Shown one piece after another: positions 13,391 through 28,029 of a stretch of DNA of 64,000 bases; within the stretch, counting starts at the first letter, position 1, and every line of letters begins with the position of its first letter. Under the pieces are notes generated by a model. The model was not told where the DNA came from and ran no database searches. It saw only the letters and a list, made by a program, of their open reading frames with translations. The stretch covers positions 758,104 to 822,103 of the forward strand of contig JAEAOA010000822.1 of assembly GCA_016746295.1 (NCBI GenBank). The letters are read 5' to 3'. The stretch is from Potamilus streckersoni (Eukaryota). The position numbers and the translations under genes are program-made.

Positions 13391-14413
13391 CGATGGTGGT
13401 GGTGGGTTAAACGTCATTTTTCAGCTCAAAATAGGTTATTGATTGTTGCCAGTATATCTGGTGGAGGAGGAACTTTGGAAATTCCTGGGATAAGTCATCA
13501 ACCCACCAGAAGATGCTGACACACTTTCTCTCACACACTCGTTGAGTGTTTGTTGGATGCCATTTAATTCAATTTACAATAAAGAAAGTTGTAGAAAAGA
13601 TGTCTGGTGGTATTTGTTCAAAAATATAATTTATTGGGTAAGTGAATATGGAGAGGGGGTAAATTATGAATAACTGGAGAAGTCAATGAGCCAAGAAATA
13701 CAAAGTCCTGGCTTTTTTCCTAAAATAAGATACACTCTTTTGTGTGAGAGAAATTCGCTCGTTTGATAGAATTAGACAAACAGCAAGGAAATAGTTTATC
13801 TTCGTTTTTATTTCAAGTGAATAAATTGCTTTATCGATATGTATACATTTTAATTTAAATTTTCAATTATGTAATCGTTCTCCTGTGTTGCATTTAAACA
13901 TTTTACACATGATCTAAATTGCTTTCTCTTGTTCATCGAGGTTTTTTTCGTTCTCTCCGCAAAAGTTCAGCCAAGATAATTATTGCTTTATCTTATTATT
14001 AATTAATTAATTAATTAATTAATTTATTTATTAATTTCGTCTTATGTTTTATTGCTATTTTACAATTCAACTATTTGTATTTGTTTATACTTGAATTATA
14101 TTTTATGTTTATTGACCATAAAAGCAAAAAGATATTTAACAAAACACACGAAAATTAGAAAACATTTATCTACAAGCTCTGAAAGTAATTGTATGTTACT
14201 TGAATAATCGTGATATTTAGGAAATATGTTATATCAAGCGAACATGGAGAAATTTATGTTGATATGAACATTAATATTATTATTAATCGACTAACCTACA
14301 TTGTAAACATAGCCGTACGAGGGGTAATCAAGATGCCCTCAAAGAACAAGAAATGCTAACAAAGCACAGTAAGCAATAATTTCGAGTAAAGGAAACGTAA
14401 TGAAAACGCATGA

Positions 14414-14474
<61 letters not shown>

Positions 14475-14586
14475 TTAATAATTATAATAAAAATAATAAT
14501 AATAATAATTATTATTATTATAGTTAATTGTATAGCTATTTCTAACAGTCTATTTTGCAGTTAATTTATTATTATTATTATTATTA

Positions 14587-14620
<34 letters not shown>

Positions 14621-14680
14621 TATTCTTTAATAATAATAATAATAATAATAACAATAATAATAATAATAATAATAATAATA
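14414..14680. repeat. Blocks of (AAT)n and inverted (ATT)n trinucleotide microsatellites.
   Basis: Direct reading. The arrangement has near-palindromic symmetry around about 14520. Confidence 0.9.
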
Positions 14681-14688
14681 TCATGCAG

Positions 14689-14853
14689 GATCGCATCCAA
14701 CAAAAGATGATGGGACAGTTGAAAACGATGGATGTCGTGCTACTGCCTTTTCGCACTGTTTATCGACAGTCAAGATTATGGTTAAAAATTGCTCTACATT
14801 TTATGTATACCATTTAGTACCAACCTCAAGATGTGATGAGGCCTACTGTTTTG
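14689..14853 (+). CDS. Uromodulin/GP2-like D8C domain, second half (exon), copy A. It translates to G-SHPTKDDGTVENDGCRATAFSHCLSTVKIMVKNCSTFYVYHLVPTSRCDEAYCF-G.
   Basis: Acceptor atcatgcag|GA at 14688/14689 and donor TTTG|gtaaga at 14853/14854. The exon is 165 nt, phase 1/1, with Cys spacing and the VKNCSTFYVYHL pattern matching uromodulin [13 protein letters not shown]. Confidence 0.65.
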
Positions 14854-15480
14854 GTAAGAACCATTTTTTTCATGCGAATATAATCTTTGTATGGTTAGCA
14901 ACATATAGCAGATGTAAAAAGATTAGCGAAGTATTCAATCTAACATCAATACATTGCTCTATAGTTTGTATATTTTGTTTGCATTGATTAGGTTGGATTA
15001 AATGAATTTGCATCTATAATTAAACAATTACTTTAAAATAGGTGAGCTCTGTTTTGATTAATTTGTTTGACACTTATGCTATTCATTGCTAGTATTCAGA
15101 GTGAGGAATTTCATAAATACAGAACTACAATATTTACGTAATACAAAACCATAACTTGCCAATATCTACGTATTCTTTTTTGACACTTATGCAGCCCGTA
15201 TTTCATTATGAATACTTTAAACTGAGCCTATTGAGTTTCAAAAATATTTTAATTTTCAAATGCTGATGGATACAGGTGATGTTTTAATACGAGACTGTAC
15301 TCACATCTCAACAAGATACAGAAAAACTCTAGTCATAGCACATGTTCGTATCTTCAAATAAAACCGTTCTTACACAACCTGAATAAGTAAATATTAATAT
15401 CTGTAATTTTTCTCAAATGCCCAAAGTATTAATAATTTGATACCAGAGTAGTTCTCTTTCAACTAAATTGCATTTTACAG

Positions 15481-15507
15481 GTCTTTATGAAGACTGTCCA
15501 TCATTTG
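15481..15507 (+). CDS. Candidate 27-nt micro-exon encoding G-LYEDCPSF-G.
   Basis: Strong acceptor cattttacag|GT and donor TTTG|gtatgt, phase 1/1, compatible with the flanking exons. There is no homology support. Confidence 0.2.
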
Positions 15508-16953
15508 GTATGTATTTATTTATTATCTTTATGATACGACTCTTAATAATAAGAAGAAGAAAAAGAAGAAATAAAAAAAATCATCACAGATAATTAACTT
15601 AAAATCTCGTCCTTTTTTAAACATCAACACTGGTAATTAAACTGCGTACATATTAAATTTCGTTACATATATGTTGTTCTTTCTACCTTGTCAAATGCTT
15701 AACTAAATCATATTTCTAAAACACATGAGACGCTACCTCAAGCATCCTTTATTTGTAAAATCCTTTTGTGATGGACAGCAAGAATTTCTTTTGTAACACT
15801 AAAACTAAGTGAATAACACCTAATGGTCGCATATGTGAAAAAGAAACAACTATCCTATTAAATAGTCAAGACCAATCAAGATCCTGGAGTGTAAACCATG
15901 CACAATATCACACTTCAAGCCATAATCAAAGGTGATAAACGAACAAGTACTTAACTCTGAACTTGTTTTCAGTGTTCTAAGGCGACGTAAGTTTAGTTTT
16001 TCTCTAGCAAATATAGCAGTCTATATCATATGTTGACAGGATTTGTCGCCACAGGGACCAGATTGACTTGGGTGGTCTAGATAATTTGCGCTTACATAAA
16101 TGTACATAAAATAACACATGTCGTTATTACTCATCGATTTCTAGGTCAAATAAATATTTTTCAGTATCCGCAATAAGTTGACATAACTTAGCTGAAACAT
16201 AATAAATTCAAATGTTTAATTCATGTAGAAACAGCAAAAAACGTTCTACAAACACTCCAGTGTTATGTTAGATTTGTTTGCCTTATCTTATCTATGTTTT
16301 CTTTATACCTTTGAGACAGACTCATTAAGAATCAAAAGCGCTCAGACTAGTTATATACTAGTTTTGCATTGTTCGCTGTCAGGTTATTGCATTTATCTTA
16401 ATCAATCCCTGACACGTGATTCCTTCCTGGATTCAGTGCACTAAAGGACTGTTATGCGCCAAATATTTGGTAAATACATATGGGGTTTTCTGAATTACGT
16501 ATTGCAAGCACGAGTTCTCTTTTTTTGTGCTGTACAAATTATGTAGAAATCACTTTCAATAAAATGTCTTCATTTATCGTAATCTTTAATTCCGCCTATA
16601 TTACAGACCATATTGGGCTGTGTTTTATTTTCATCAAACTTAAAATATAGATCCTTCCTGTCCTCAATTACTTGCTTCATCGTGATCGTCTTCTTCTGTT
16701 TCGTTGCCTTTTTTATAAGCCATCTATCAAGTAGAAAGCAACAATGATGATCACGCTATGTGAAAAACATAAAGCAATTTGACCTGCTGTAAACAATTTA
16801 TTATAAGCAATAATGAAACTTTTGTACTGCTTGTTAATTACAGAACAAATCGCAATGTGTGAGAAAGTAGAATAAAAATATAAATCTTCTCATACAGAAG
16901 GATATGTATTCAAATAGTCCACCCAGAAAACATCGATACTTTATTTTTTTTAG

Positions 16954-17001
16954 ATCCATGTGATGAGTATGAGCACAGAGTACATGACAACAACAATGGA
17001 G
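16954..17001 (+). CDS. Short exon encoding the start of a second D8C unit (copy B): D-PCDEYEHRVHDNNNG-G.
   Basis: Acceptor ttttttttag|AT and donor GGAG|gtaatt, 48 nt, phase 1/1. The DPC motif is the same as at the start of D8C copy A (DPCMDGQ) and of uromodulin (DPCQAH). Confidence 0.4.
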
Positions 17002-17143
17002 GTAATTATGCATAATATTCAATATCTTGTACCTTTTATCACTCAACTGAACGATTAATATATCACCTGTAATCTGATCATGTCATAATAAATTCAAATA
17101 TAAAACGGTATTAAACCATATAAAGTTGAAGATGTCAGTAATG

Positions 17144-17150
<7 letters not shown>

Positions 17151-17237
<87 letters not shown>

Positions 17238-17262
17238 CATCATCATCATCACTGAAGAAAAT
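17151..17262. repeat. (AT)n microsatellite followed by (ATC)n.
   Basis: Direct reading. Confidence 0.95.
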
Positions 17263-17336
17263 ATTTTAATGATATTATATTTCTTATGGATCTACCAGAT
17301 ATTAAGTTTTGCTCTGTTTACTTTCTCATCCGCCAG

Positions 17337-17495
17337 ATCGTTCAAGCTTTTGCCAAAGGGGGGAAAATCCTACATCAGATCAACAGATTGAGGAGGGCTG
17401 GCAGGCCCTACATAGCAACAATGGGTTCCAGGTTGTTTCAACATACTGTCCAGATCATGAAAGCTGCGGAACAAGAAACCCGATATGGATCAATG
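17337..17495 (+). CDS. Uromodulin-like D8C first-half exon, copy B: D-RSSFCQRGENPTSDQQIEEGWQALHSNNGFQVVSTYCPDHESCGTRNPIWING.
   Basis: Frame of ORF 17309-17548; its 'M' is a TTG. Acceptor cgccag|AT at 17336/17337. The donor AATG|gtagca is weak and non-consensus. The GW...CGT.NPIWING motif is present. Confidence 0.5.
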
Positions 17496-18065
17496 GTAGC
17501 ATATATTTGGTAATCCTTGGTAACACTGTTATAACTGCATCATTTTAAACATCTTTTTTATTTATATAACCTCTTCTTATTTATTTTTTCCTTCGTTTAT
17601 AAATGTATCATCTGCGTCTTCGAGGCATCTAAACATAATTGTATTTGTAGTAATAGTAGATATAGGAGAAAAATGAACAGTAGAATAACAACAAGACTTT
17701 CAAACCTTAAGGATGAAATAACCACATAACGTTCAGTTCATTGTTGCTTCCATGATCAAGACTATGTGTGTGGCCCATTTTTGCACTGCCATTGTGGTTC
17801 AGCATCTTTCATTGCAATGTGGTAGATAAAAGCTATTTTATTTCAATCTTTCATGAGAGATAGTTACATACAAAAGACTCAAAACGAATGCAAGTATATA
17901 GAAGACATGTTATATTACTTTAGTATCATTTTATGTTGTTTCAATACGTATGTATACAGACCGATTGCCAGCTTCAATGTATTGTTATACTTTGTGATTT
18001 ACACTACAGTTGTTTGTGTCTGTTAGCCATAATATAGGTTCCGTTGAAGTAAATGATTTCTTCCT

Positions 18066-18067
<2 letters not shown>

Positions 18068-18132
<65 letters not shown>

Positions 18133-18178
18133 CCCAATACGAGTTGAATCAAAAACATAGGAATTACATTCCTGCACG

Positions 18179-18256
<78 letters not shown>
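18068..18256. repeat. (GA)n microsatellite (18068-18128) and (AT)n microsatellite (18189-18256).
   Basis: Direct reading. Confidence 0.95.
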
Positions 18257-18286
18257 TTAGTGTCATCATTTTCAATGATATTAAAG

Positions 18287-18448
18287 GTTCAATACCGACA
18301 GAACAAGAAAATATAGTAACCAGAGCTGCCTGTGTAAGGGATGAATCGTTATGTTGTGCTCAAACGTTTGACATACAGGTGAAGAACTGTTCAACATTCA
18401 TGGTTTATAATTTGACAAGAACACAGTCTGATCAAAGATACTGCACAG
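18287..18448 (+). CDS. Uromodulin-like D8C second-half exon, copy B: G-SIPTEQENIVTRAACVRDESLCCAQTFDIQVKNCSTFMVYNLTRTQSDQRYCT-G.
   Basis: ORF 18181-18471. Acceptor ttaaag|GT at 18286/18287 and donor ACAG|gtaata at 18448/18449, 162 nt, phase 1/1. The CC...DIQVKNCSTFMVYNLT pattern matches uromodulin [23 protein letters not shown] closely. Confidence 0.6.
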
Positions 18449-18749
18449 GTAATAATGCCCAGCGTTTGTGACAACTGTTCATGGTTAGGGTTAACAGCCT
18501 CGATGTTTCTTAAACTGGAATGATGACAATGTCTTGAAGTAATCCTTTACACTTAACTTATAATAGTAATATCTGTGTCTGATTTTTAATTCAAGTTTAA
18601 CTATTAACAGCGTCGGTTAAGATTTGTTTGTATTTGGTGTTTGAAAACATTCAAAGGTTTCGAAAGGATAGTAATGAAAATCAATTGACTACAGTCTATA
18701 TATTCTTGTACACAAATTACATAATTTACATATGTATATATAATAACAG

Positions 18750-18836
18750 ATGACCTGACTGAGTGCAGAGATGTTATTACTGAAGTTCCAATTACGACTG
18801 TAGGGACTGACAATTCCACAGATAAAGAACTTTTTG
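18750..18836 (+). CDS. Candidate next exon of the plus-strand gene: D-DLTECRDVITEVPITTVGTDNSTDKELF-G.
   Basis: Acceptor taataacag|AT and donor TTTG|gtaagc, 87 nt, phase 1/1. The DxxEC start resembles the beginning of a calcium-binding EGF module. There is no further support. Confidence 0.35.
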
Positions 18837-19104
18837 GTAAGCTTGTGCAGCGTCAAAACGCTATATATTTAATAACCCTCAGATAGTTAGGTGACAATTT
18901 TACAAATTCAATCGTGTATAGAAAAAGACTTTTTTCTTCAAGTATTTAGAATATAAATGTATTGCTTTATTTTGATAGTTTAGAAAACCACAGTTTGCCA
19001 CAAGAATGCTTATCTGACTACGATATATAGATCAAGACAGGGTACAATCGAACGTTACCGGACACTGAGAGAATATATTATATAATTTGGTCATGGTATA
19101 ATTA

Positions 19105-19112
<8 letters not shown>

Positions 19113-19190
<78 letters not shown>
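19113..19190. repeat. (AT)n microsatellite flanking Penelope-like copy A on its left.
   Basis: Direct reading. Confidence 0.95.
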
Positions 19191-20191
<1,001 letters not shown>

Positions 20192-20528
20192 TAAATATAT
20201 TTCACATGTTGCATATTGAGTCTAGTCTCTTGTCTCTAATTTTCTTATGTTTCATTTCGTATTTCTTATGATATCTTTGTACCTGGAAACGTGTTTTCTA
20301 AACCCTTCATCGCCCAAAGAAAGAAATATTTAATAATAATAATTGTTATCGTTGTTCCATCTCTTTACTTTGTATAAAGATATTGATGAAATCCACGTTT
20401 GGGTTCATAGGTCCTAAGATGATTGAATTCCAAATGAACGGTCTTCGTGGTAATCTTCTAATTATAAAAATATTATATTTGGAAGCCTTGAATTCATGTT
20501 TCAGTTAATTAGATAATATCAACGATTT

Positions 20529-20625
<97 letters not shown>

Positions 20626-22317
20626 GTTTCGCTTTCGCCTCTTGCAACAGTACATATCACAAATTCATATTTAGAAATTTGTGCAAACACCTCAAAATAT
20701 GTTAACAAATATTTCAGACATGGCGAACAGACATTACAGTGGGCGCTTCATGTTTTATATGGAATCCATGGCAGTAATAACTGCATATATCTTGCACAGA
20801 ATTAGAGGATGAGTAACAGTGAGTTGTTGTCACTACCAATTGACTATGGTATAGTACCTGAATTCTTCAATTTGAGTCTATGTCAACAAACATTTTCGCC
20901 ATGTTTATAATAACATTCAGCATTATTTTTAATAAAGATCACATTCCTTTCTAGACAATGAGGTTTATAAATAGTCGCACCGTTATGTGAGTGGCAATTC
21001 CATGCATATCGATTCTCCAAACTTTTAATATCTCTTTAATTTATTTATTATAATTATTATTTAGAAACAGAAAGACATGTTTGTTACAATGAACATAATT
21101 TAGTTGCTATTTAATTAGATTTAACCATGGATGAAAATGTTTTAATATTTTGACAAAGTTTGTTGTATAAATAAAACAATTCAATGTAACGTTAAGGTTT
21201 TGTCTTAATACATACACAAAAATGAATAAACAAAACTCTTTCGAAGAGACCATATGCAGACAACGATAATGATACCTAACATCTCCATGGAGACTGAAAT
21301 AAATACATACTTGACTTCATGACATGACTATGTTTGTATTTAGGTTCTTAATCTATTCTGTAACAATATGGCATAACAAATATATTTTACGAAAATCAAA
21401 GTTATCTCTCATTGTTAATAATCATTAAAGCTATTTTAAACTCAAAACGTTTTATTATGTTAGAAGCAGAATCTTTGATTCAAGCTCCGTAATCTTACTA
21501 TTGAAAGGAAAGTGTTCGAAATCATTCGTTCAAATTATACGGACAAATATCTAATAAAATTTCTCTTTAGGACACAACAATTGGAATTTTTGACGTAATC
21601 CAGTATATCTATTTCTTATAGTAAAGACTTCACTTACTGCCGCATATTCTCAGGTTCCTTAGTTTTAGACATGCTAATCAGATATGCTCTTGCTGATTGC
21701 AGATTAAAAGCGTCTAGTTTTTAAACATAGAAAAGGCTTGTAACAATCTTGGAAATGTTTGACAGATTATGTTTAAAAATTATATTAGTTGCAGATTTAT
21801 GGTTAATATATTTAATTCAGTACAAAACTAAGACACCATGACATTAAATGCATCGATGGGTGCTTGGAAAGCGCTTTTTCATAGCCTTAACTAAACTACA
21901 TTTTAAGAACAATGGATATTTTCATTTTTGAATGGAAAATCTGATAAATATCACTGAAAAGCTCATGCTGTAAACAATCAGGTGTACCATTCTATTGAAC
22001 AATTTCTATGAATGACATTAACAACGTTTTGATGCCTTCGTAGTGACTATACGGCAGAAAATTAGAGAGTGATGCCTTATTCAAAGACAAATCACGATTT
22101 CAACTATTTATCTTTAGTTTCATAAACTGAATGTAACACGTCTTAATTTTAGACTACTTGTTTTATTGCATCCGTTATGTATAGAAGTGATTAATAATAG
22201 ACGTCTTTTACCTTTCACTCACTGTTTGCGGTCACTAAGAAGAGAAAATCATGAATAGTGTTGCTATTTTTATATGTGTCAGCAGAATGTCATTTTGTCT
22301 TGAAGGACAATAGCACG

Positions 22318-22450
<133 letters not shown>

Positions 22451-23944
22451 GCAATTTTGACTGCATTCATGCATTGGTAGAATTTGAATTCTATTCATTT
22501 GATTTTTCAACTTTCACTCTTAAATTGGGGAAATATTTTAGAAATTCATCTTCCTTTCTCCTCGTATGCATTGATAAACTCTAAACTTGGCAATAATCTG
22601 CAGGTTTCATCATTCGAGGCCTGTGAAATAGGTATCTTGGTCCAATTTTTGATACTTTCAATTATATACATTTATATATCATTTTGGTCCTATGTCCGAT
22701 AGGCACAAAATTCCCTTCTTTGAATTTTGGTAAACATTTTGGATGTGTTCAAGATTGAACTTAGTAAAATATTTTTACTTTTAAATTTGTTTAATATTAT
22801 ACTATTCAATATTTGATCAATTTCGTCATCTTATTTCAACTAAATTCTGCTCTCTACGGCTTTGAAACCTGGACATTTTCAAGAATGAAAAGCTTATCAA
22901 CTTTATTTGTTTGCAGAATATTAACTTGGGCAGTCATTATTGGCATTGGCATTTGCTTTAATAAACAAGTTTCCTTCCTAAGATATATATACAATAAAGC
23001 AGAATCTTTCTAAAGCAGTTCTATTCTTTTCCCAATTTGATTTCAGCATCTTGTAGAAACGTGTCAGAGTCAGTAAATAGCTCATAACTGGCAGGCTTTT
23101 ATCGTACATAGTAGTCCAAATCTGTTGAGACAAAATTTAGCTTATTGCTACATGGACAGAATTTTTTACAAGGATCAAGTCTGGTGTTACTGCTATATCT
23201 CTTCAAATAAAATATCTACAAAAATATCACTTAAAATGTTGGAGTTAATATATCCTTCTAGATTAGCCCCACCCAGAAAAAAAAAAGAAATAATATCTCG
23301 CGAAATCTTACAAAGCTTGACACCACGAAAGCTAAATTATATTTTGAGTAAACGTCTGAATTTTAATTAAACTAATCTGAATTTGGTTAACTGAGAGGAT
23401 GAGCAAGAGGTTCTGCATGACATAAAGAACTGCATGATCCTTCAATTGTCTTGGTTTTATGCATGTAAACTTAAGATATAAGATGTCTCATACTTAACTG
23501 TTATCATTTAAAAAATTCAAAAGTATCAACTGTGTAGTAATTGGTTCCAATAGTATGTAATAGTGGAGATACTCCAGAAGCAGTGAAACTTTTTATCCGA
23601 AGTGCACTCTTCCTGCTCCGAAAGCAGGTGATTTCCCATTAGACGCTATTGCATTCTGAAGAACTGTTGAACCAATGTAGTTGTTTTAAAACATTATTGT
23701 GTGTAGCATAATTTATAGCAGACGATAGCAGCTGACATGGAAACTGTTGTGCAACTCTTGCCTTTTCAAGCTATTTTGTTCGAATTTCTTCTAGTATTGT
23801 ATGGAAAACTAGTACCGTTTTAAGTATTATAGTTTGTATTCCATATCAATGAGAATATATTTCAAAGAATACCCAATATCAGTACATTTATTGATTAATG
23901 GTAATTGATGTTTGAGCATTTTACTTACGTATTACTGTCAGTCA

Positions 23945-24750
23945 GTCTCAGAGGTGTCAACATGTCGGCTTCAAAGCAAAGCACATTTTATCCTTAAGGG
24001 AGTGGATCGAATGTTTGCTGCCTGGTGGAAACAGTAGTTGTTTTATTGCAGTAGAAATGGAAGTCACCTTCGTGCCAGTGCGATGTGCATAACGTTTTTA
24101 CAGTACACGATGGGACACAATAAAATAAATGCTTTTTTCCTGTCCAAGAACTTATTGTGAAACAGTCTTCAACCAGGTCATATGTCCAGACATTTGGAAA
24201 ATGAAATAAATTTATGTGAAACTTGCGCTCTCCCCCGCCCCACAATAACATAAAACAAAATGCTTATGTAATAATAAAATGAACGAAACTCTCCTTGTAG
24301 TCTTATCACTGATTCCACTCTTTTTTCATCATGAGCAATTTATTAAAGGTAAAATTATCTCCATGAACTTCGCATATGTATTATATTCATTCATACTGTA
24401 GGGCACATCATTTATGTCAGATAACACACGCCACGAATTATGTTTGGTTATACTCAAAGGTTTGAATATGTTATCAAACTGTCAACTGGATTTAACAAAA
24501 TTACAAACAAAAGAGAGGAAGAGAGCACTAATAACCGCCATTCGCGCATATCACAATGTAAGGTGCAAGATAAACAAGATTGTATGTGGACTTATGCCAG
24601 TATCTCGCGAATAAAATCATTTTTGGAAAATGCATTCAGTGTGGGTGCAAATGACAATTTTTCTCATGCTTGGTTAAAAAAGACAGTATTAAAGCAAGTT
24701 AATGTTGTGTGCACGATTTACCCATCAATTACAGTCTGTATCAGTTACAC
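23945..24750. repeat. About 800-bp dispersed repeat, copy 1; its paralog is at 44600-45410.
   Basis: Long colinear similarity of roughly 80%. One shared block is ...gtcaacatgtcggcttcaaagcaaagc... / ...gtcaacgtgttggcttcaaagcatttt... Another is ...catcatgagcaatttattaaa...gcaagttaatgttgtgt... Confidence 0.7.
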
Positions 24751-24835
24751 TTATCGCTGGGTGACTAATATATACAACTGGTAGCAAGCAATAAGGTCAT
24801 TTTTTAAACCTACTGGCAGGATATAAAATACAAAT

Positions 24836-24871
24836 AATATTTTATTATCATTAGAAATCAAAGTAGTACTA

Positions 24872-24949
<78 letters not shown>

Positions 24950-24980
24950 TAGCACCACTTTCATTTCTAATGATAATAAA
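24836..24980. repeat. Hairpin or cruciform-capable palindrome: arms of about 34 bp (ttattatcattagaaatcaaagtagtactagcat / atgctagcaccactttcatttctaatgataataa) around an (AT)~40 core.
   Basis: Direct reading. The arms are reverse complements with about 4 mismatches. Confidence 0.8.
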
Positions 24981-25683
24981 ATTTTGGTTATCACAAATTT
25001 TGGATGACCTACTCAGATATGGACAGAAAGAAAAGGTTGATAGGATACCATTTATTCTGACCTATCACCCAGACAATCCAAAAGTAGGTAAAATCATCGC
25101 AAACCACTGGCCAACCGTGCAATCCTCAGACATACTAAACCTAATACTTCCGATCAAACCTGTAGTAGCTTACCGGAGACCAAAAAACCTAAAGGACATC
25201 CTAGTCAGGGCAAAGCTAATGCCAATCGCTAGTCAAAACCAACCTAGTCAATCTGGACCCTGTGGCGATAAAAGATGCAAAACCTGTCAACATATGACCA
25301 AGACATTCACTAGCACAGTGACTAAAGAAAAACTAAACGTACATGGTCCAAACAAAACGTGCAAAACAGAGAATGTGATTTATCTCATCACATGTAAGAT
25401 CTGTGGCCTTCAGTACGTCGGAGAAACTGAAAAGCTACACAAAGGGATAAACTTTCATAAATCTGATTAGATGACAAAAAAGCTGTACAGAAGCCCGGTC
25501 GCAGAACACTTCTCCTCCCCTGGCCACACTTTCAGTGACATAATACTTATCGCTATTGCTAACAACCACAGCTGGAGTTCCGAAACCAGGAAGGAAAAGG
25601 AATCATACTGGATACGCCGCCTTAGAACATTGAAACCCAACGGTCTAAACCAAGAAAACAAGAAAATGAAAACTATGCACTAG
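24946..25683 (+). pseudogene. Zinc-finger plus GIY-YIG endonuclease ORF of the PLE, interrupted by an in-frame TAG at 25468-25470. The paralog at 19875-19877 (minus strand) has TGG (Trp) at this position.
   Basis: Frame continuity across the stop. Paralog comparison gives SDWMTKK against SD*MTKK. Confidence 0.65.
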
Positions 25684-26147
25684 TAAAATTTAACATTTTC
25701 TAAATCTTATTATCATTCAATTTTTACTATACGAATAACCGGTATAGAATCAAATATCCGGGATATAAACTGTGTTACATATGTACAAAAAGTAAAAATA
25801 GATGTCGCTTTGGCTTGTAGACTTTTAGGGAATTATACAACGTTTTCAGTTTTCCGCAACTAGTCTATACAAGCTGGTTGTATTTATAGTTTTAGCACAT
25901 GTGAAGACAGCCATGTAGAGGTTTACAAACACAACGTTTTTGTGTTTATTTGTTTGTCGGATATATGTTTTGTATTTGCCTTTGAAAAAGACTCATTAAG
26001 AGTCGAAAGCGCTTAGGCTAGTTAGTTACTAGTTTCGTACTGTTCGTCGTCAGTTTATTGCATCTATTTTAATTAATCCCTGACACGTGATCCCTTGGTG
26101 GATCCAGTACGCTTGAAAGGGTTGTTATTCGCCATATATTTTGTATT

Positions 26148-26150
<3 letters not shown>
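24946..26150 (+). mobile_element. Penelope-like element 3' portion, copy B. It contains the linker with a Cys-rich zinc-finger-like motif (GPCGDKRCKTCQHM), the GIY-YIG endonuclease (VIYLITCKICGLQYVGET...SPVAEHFSSPGH...YWIRRLRTLKPNGLN), a 3' UTR and a terminal repeat. It is 5'-truncated; no reverse-transcriptase domain is present.
   Basis: ORFs 24946-25470 and 25471-25683 are in the same frame, separated by a single TAG. Domain motifs were recognised from memory of PLE endonuclease domains. The 3' 700 bp is the inverted duplicate of 19192-19935. Confidence 0.6.

Positions 26151-26152
<2 letters not shown>

Positions 26153-26208
<56 letters not shown>
26153..26208. repeat. (AT)n microsatellite flanking Penelope-like copy B on its right. 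The (AT)n at 24868-24948 flanks it on its left.
   Basis: Direct reading. Confidence 0.95.
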
Positions 26209-26209
<1 letters not shown>

Positions 26210-26772
26210 GGGATAGATCGTACAATTGTAGGATAAGGAATGGGTTCATGAGGTGATACTATACTGATTAAAGCGTTTTATCTCATGTAGACAACATAAT
26301 ATATTTTTGTAATAAAATTTAAGTTTGATAGCATTGTCTGACCTGTAATTTTCAAATGATTTTTAAAGTGTCTCATAACGTGTGACACCCAAAGGAATGT
26401 TATAGAAAATTCAGTTACGAAAACATTCCTTTACAAATTATTTTTTCTCCCAAGATATTTTGTCACATTCATACTGTTAATATGGTAGATATATACTTTC
26501 ATCTGTGAATTAAATTGAAAGTTTTGTTTGTGAGAAGAGATATAACTTGCTTATCTTTCCATTAGGGCTAGGCATCATTCAGTATTTCAGTAATATCCCT
26601 GAAGGCAGGTAAAGTTCATGGTTGTAAGTCAACAGTCTTTACATCTTGGCGAGCTAAGAAACGGACTATTCGAGATATTGTTTACTATAACATATTGTTA
26701 AGTGTGTGGCGAATTTATTTCAACATTTGCATGTAATTATGATTTTACTGTACAGTGCACATAACAACATAT

Positions 26773-26837
<65 letters not shown>

Positions 26838-28029
26838 TAATAATAATATCTAGTGCATGATAGTTGCTCACAAACCAATTTTAAAAAGTGAACCAGAGTA
26901 CGGCATTCACCTGTGTGCAGCTGCTAGTATTACCTTTTCCCCATGAGTGACCGCTACTGACATGTATGTATCTATTGGAAAGAGTGCTTACTTGCATGCA
27001 CTTGCTTGTAATGTTTAATTTGGCCTCATTTCTATTTTCTAGCAATAAGGGAAATGTTAAGTTAATCAAAAATAAGATTTATATAATTTTGTGTTTTATG
27101 GGTAAAGTAATCCATCTTTGCTGAAATAGTTCTTCTTCAAATTATGTATATGTTATTTTACAGATGAAGAAAACAATACGATGTTAAACACATTTTTATA
27201 AACTTTAAATTGTACACCTGACTGAGAAAAAAAAAATAAATCCACTGAAATATTCGAAAAAGAGAAACTTTTATTGTTGATTTACTGTAAATTTGAGAGT
27301 TAACAAGATAATCTGTAATGTCTTCATAAAATCAAGCCCTAACATCAAATATTTCAAAATTAAATTTTGTGTAGTGGTGACATTTCAAAATTTAAATCAA
27401 TAAAAGAGACCAAAGACATTGTATACATATTTATATCTTCATCACTTCGTACATTCCTTAAAATATGACGTTCAGCTGTTAAAATTACAAGGTCAAACAA
27501 AGAAACAATGCTCTAGAAATAAACATCAGAACAATAAATTTACCATTTCTTTACAAAACACTTAAGAAAGGTGTACGAATATATACGTACATCCTTTCTG
27601 GTGATGTGAACCAATAATTATTTGGTTTCTACAGTTCATCAGATTCTAACCAATCTAAATTCTTGTTACAAGGATTGATAAGAACTGACAACTATTCTTG
27701 AGGACAGTTTTATAGTGGATTAACCTACATATTAGAAATCCTGCCAATCTCTGTATTATGATCTCATATTCCTTTTCCTTCTTTATTATCTTAAAGCATC
27801 TCACTTTTTGAAAGAAAATAGCTTATACAATAATTCAAAAATATCATTTTTAAAGTGTATTGTTCTATGCAATTACTATACTTGTCCAAAACAGCTGAAG
27901 TCAATATAATTAGACAAGAAAATAACTGACACTAATATATTTAGATAATAAACTAATCATGACCTATTATCTAGAGTGATATGACGCCTCATGTTGAAAC
28001 TCCTTCACATCTTATTTCATAGAGCAGCC

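Noticed and set aside
17309-17311. 'M' start codons in the ORF track at 17309, 3592, 35292 and elsewhere.
   Set aside because: These positions are TTG, not ATG, because the ORF finder allows alternative starts. The true coding segments are internal exons defined by splice sites.
20411-20449. Possible further plus-strand exon (G-PKMIEFQMNGLR-G).
   Set aside because: The acceptor is weak with a poor polypyrimidine tract, there is no homology, and it is very short. It is not reportable.
24414-24784. 114-aa and 66-aa ORFs inside the 800-bp dispersed repeat.
   Set aside because: No recognisable motifs were seen. The paralogous copy at 44600-45410 does not preserve the reading frame.
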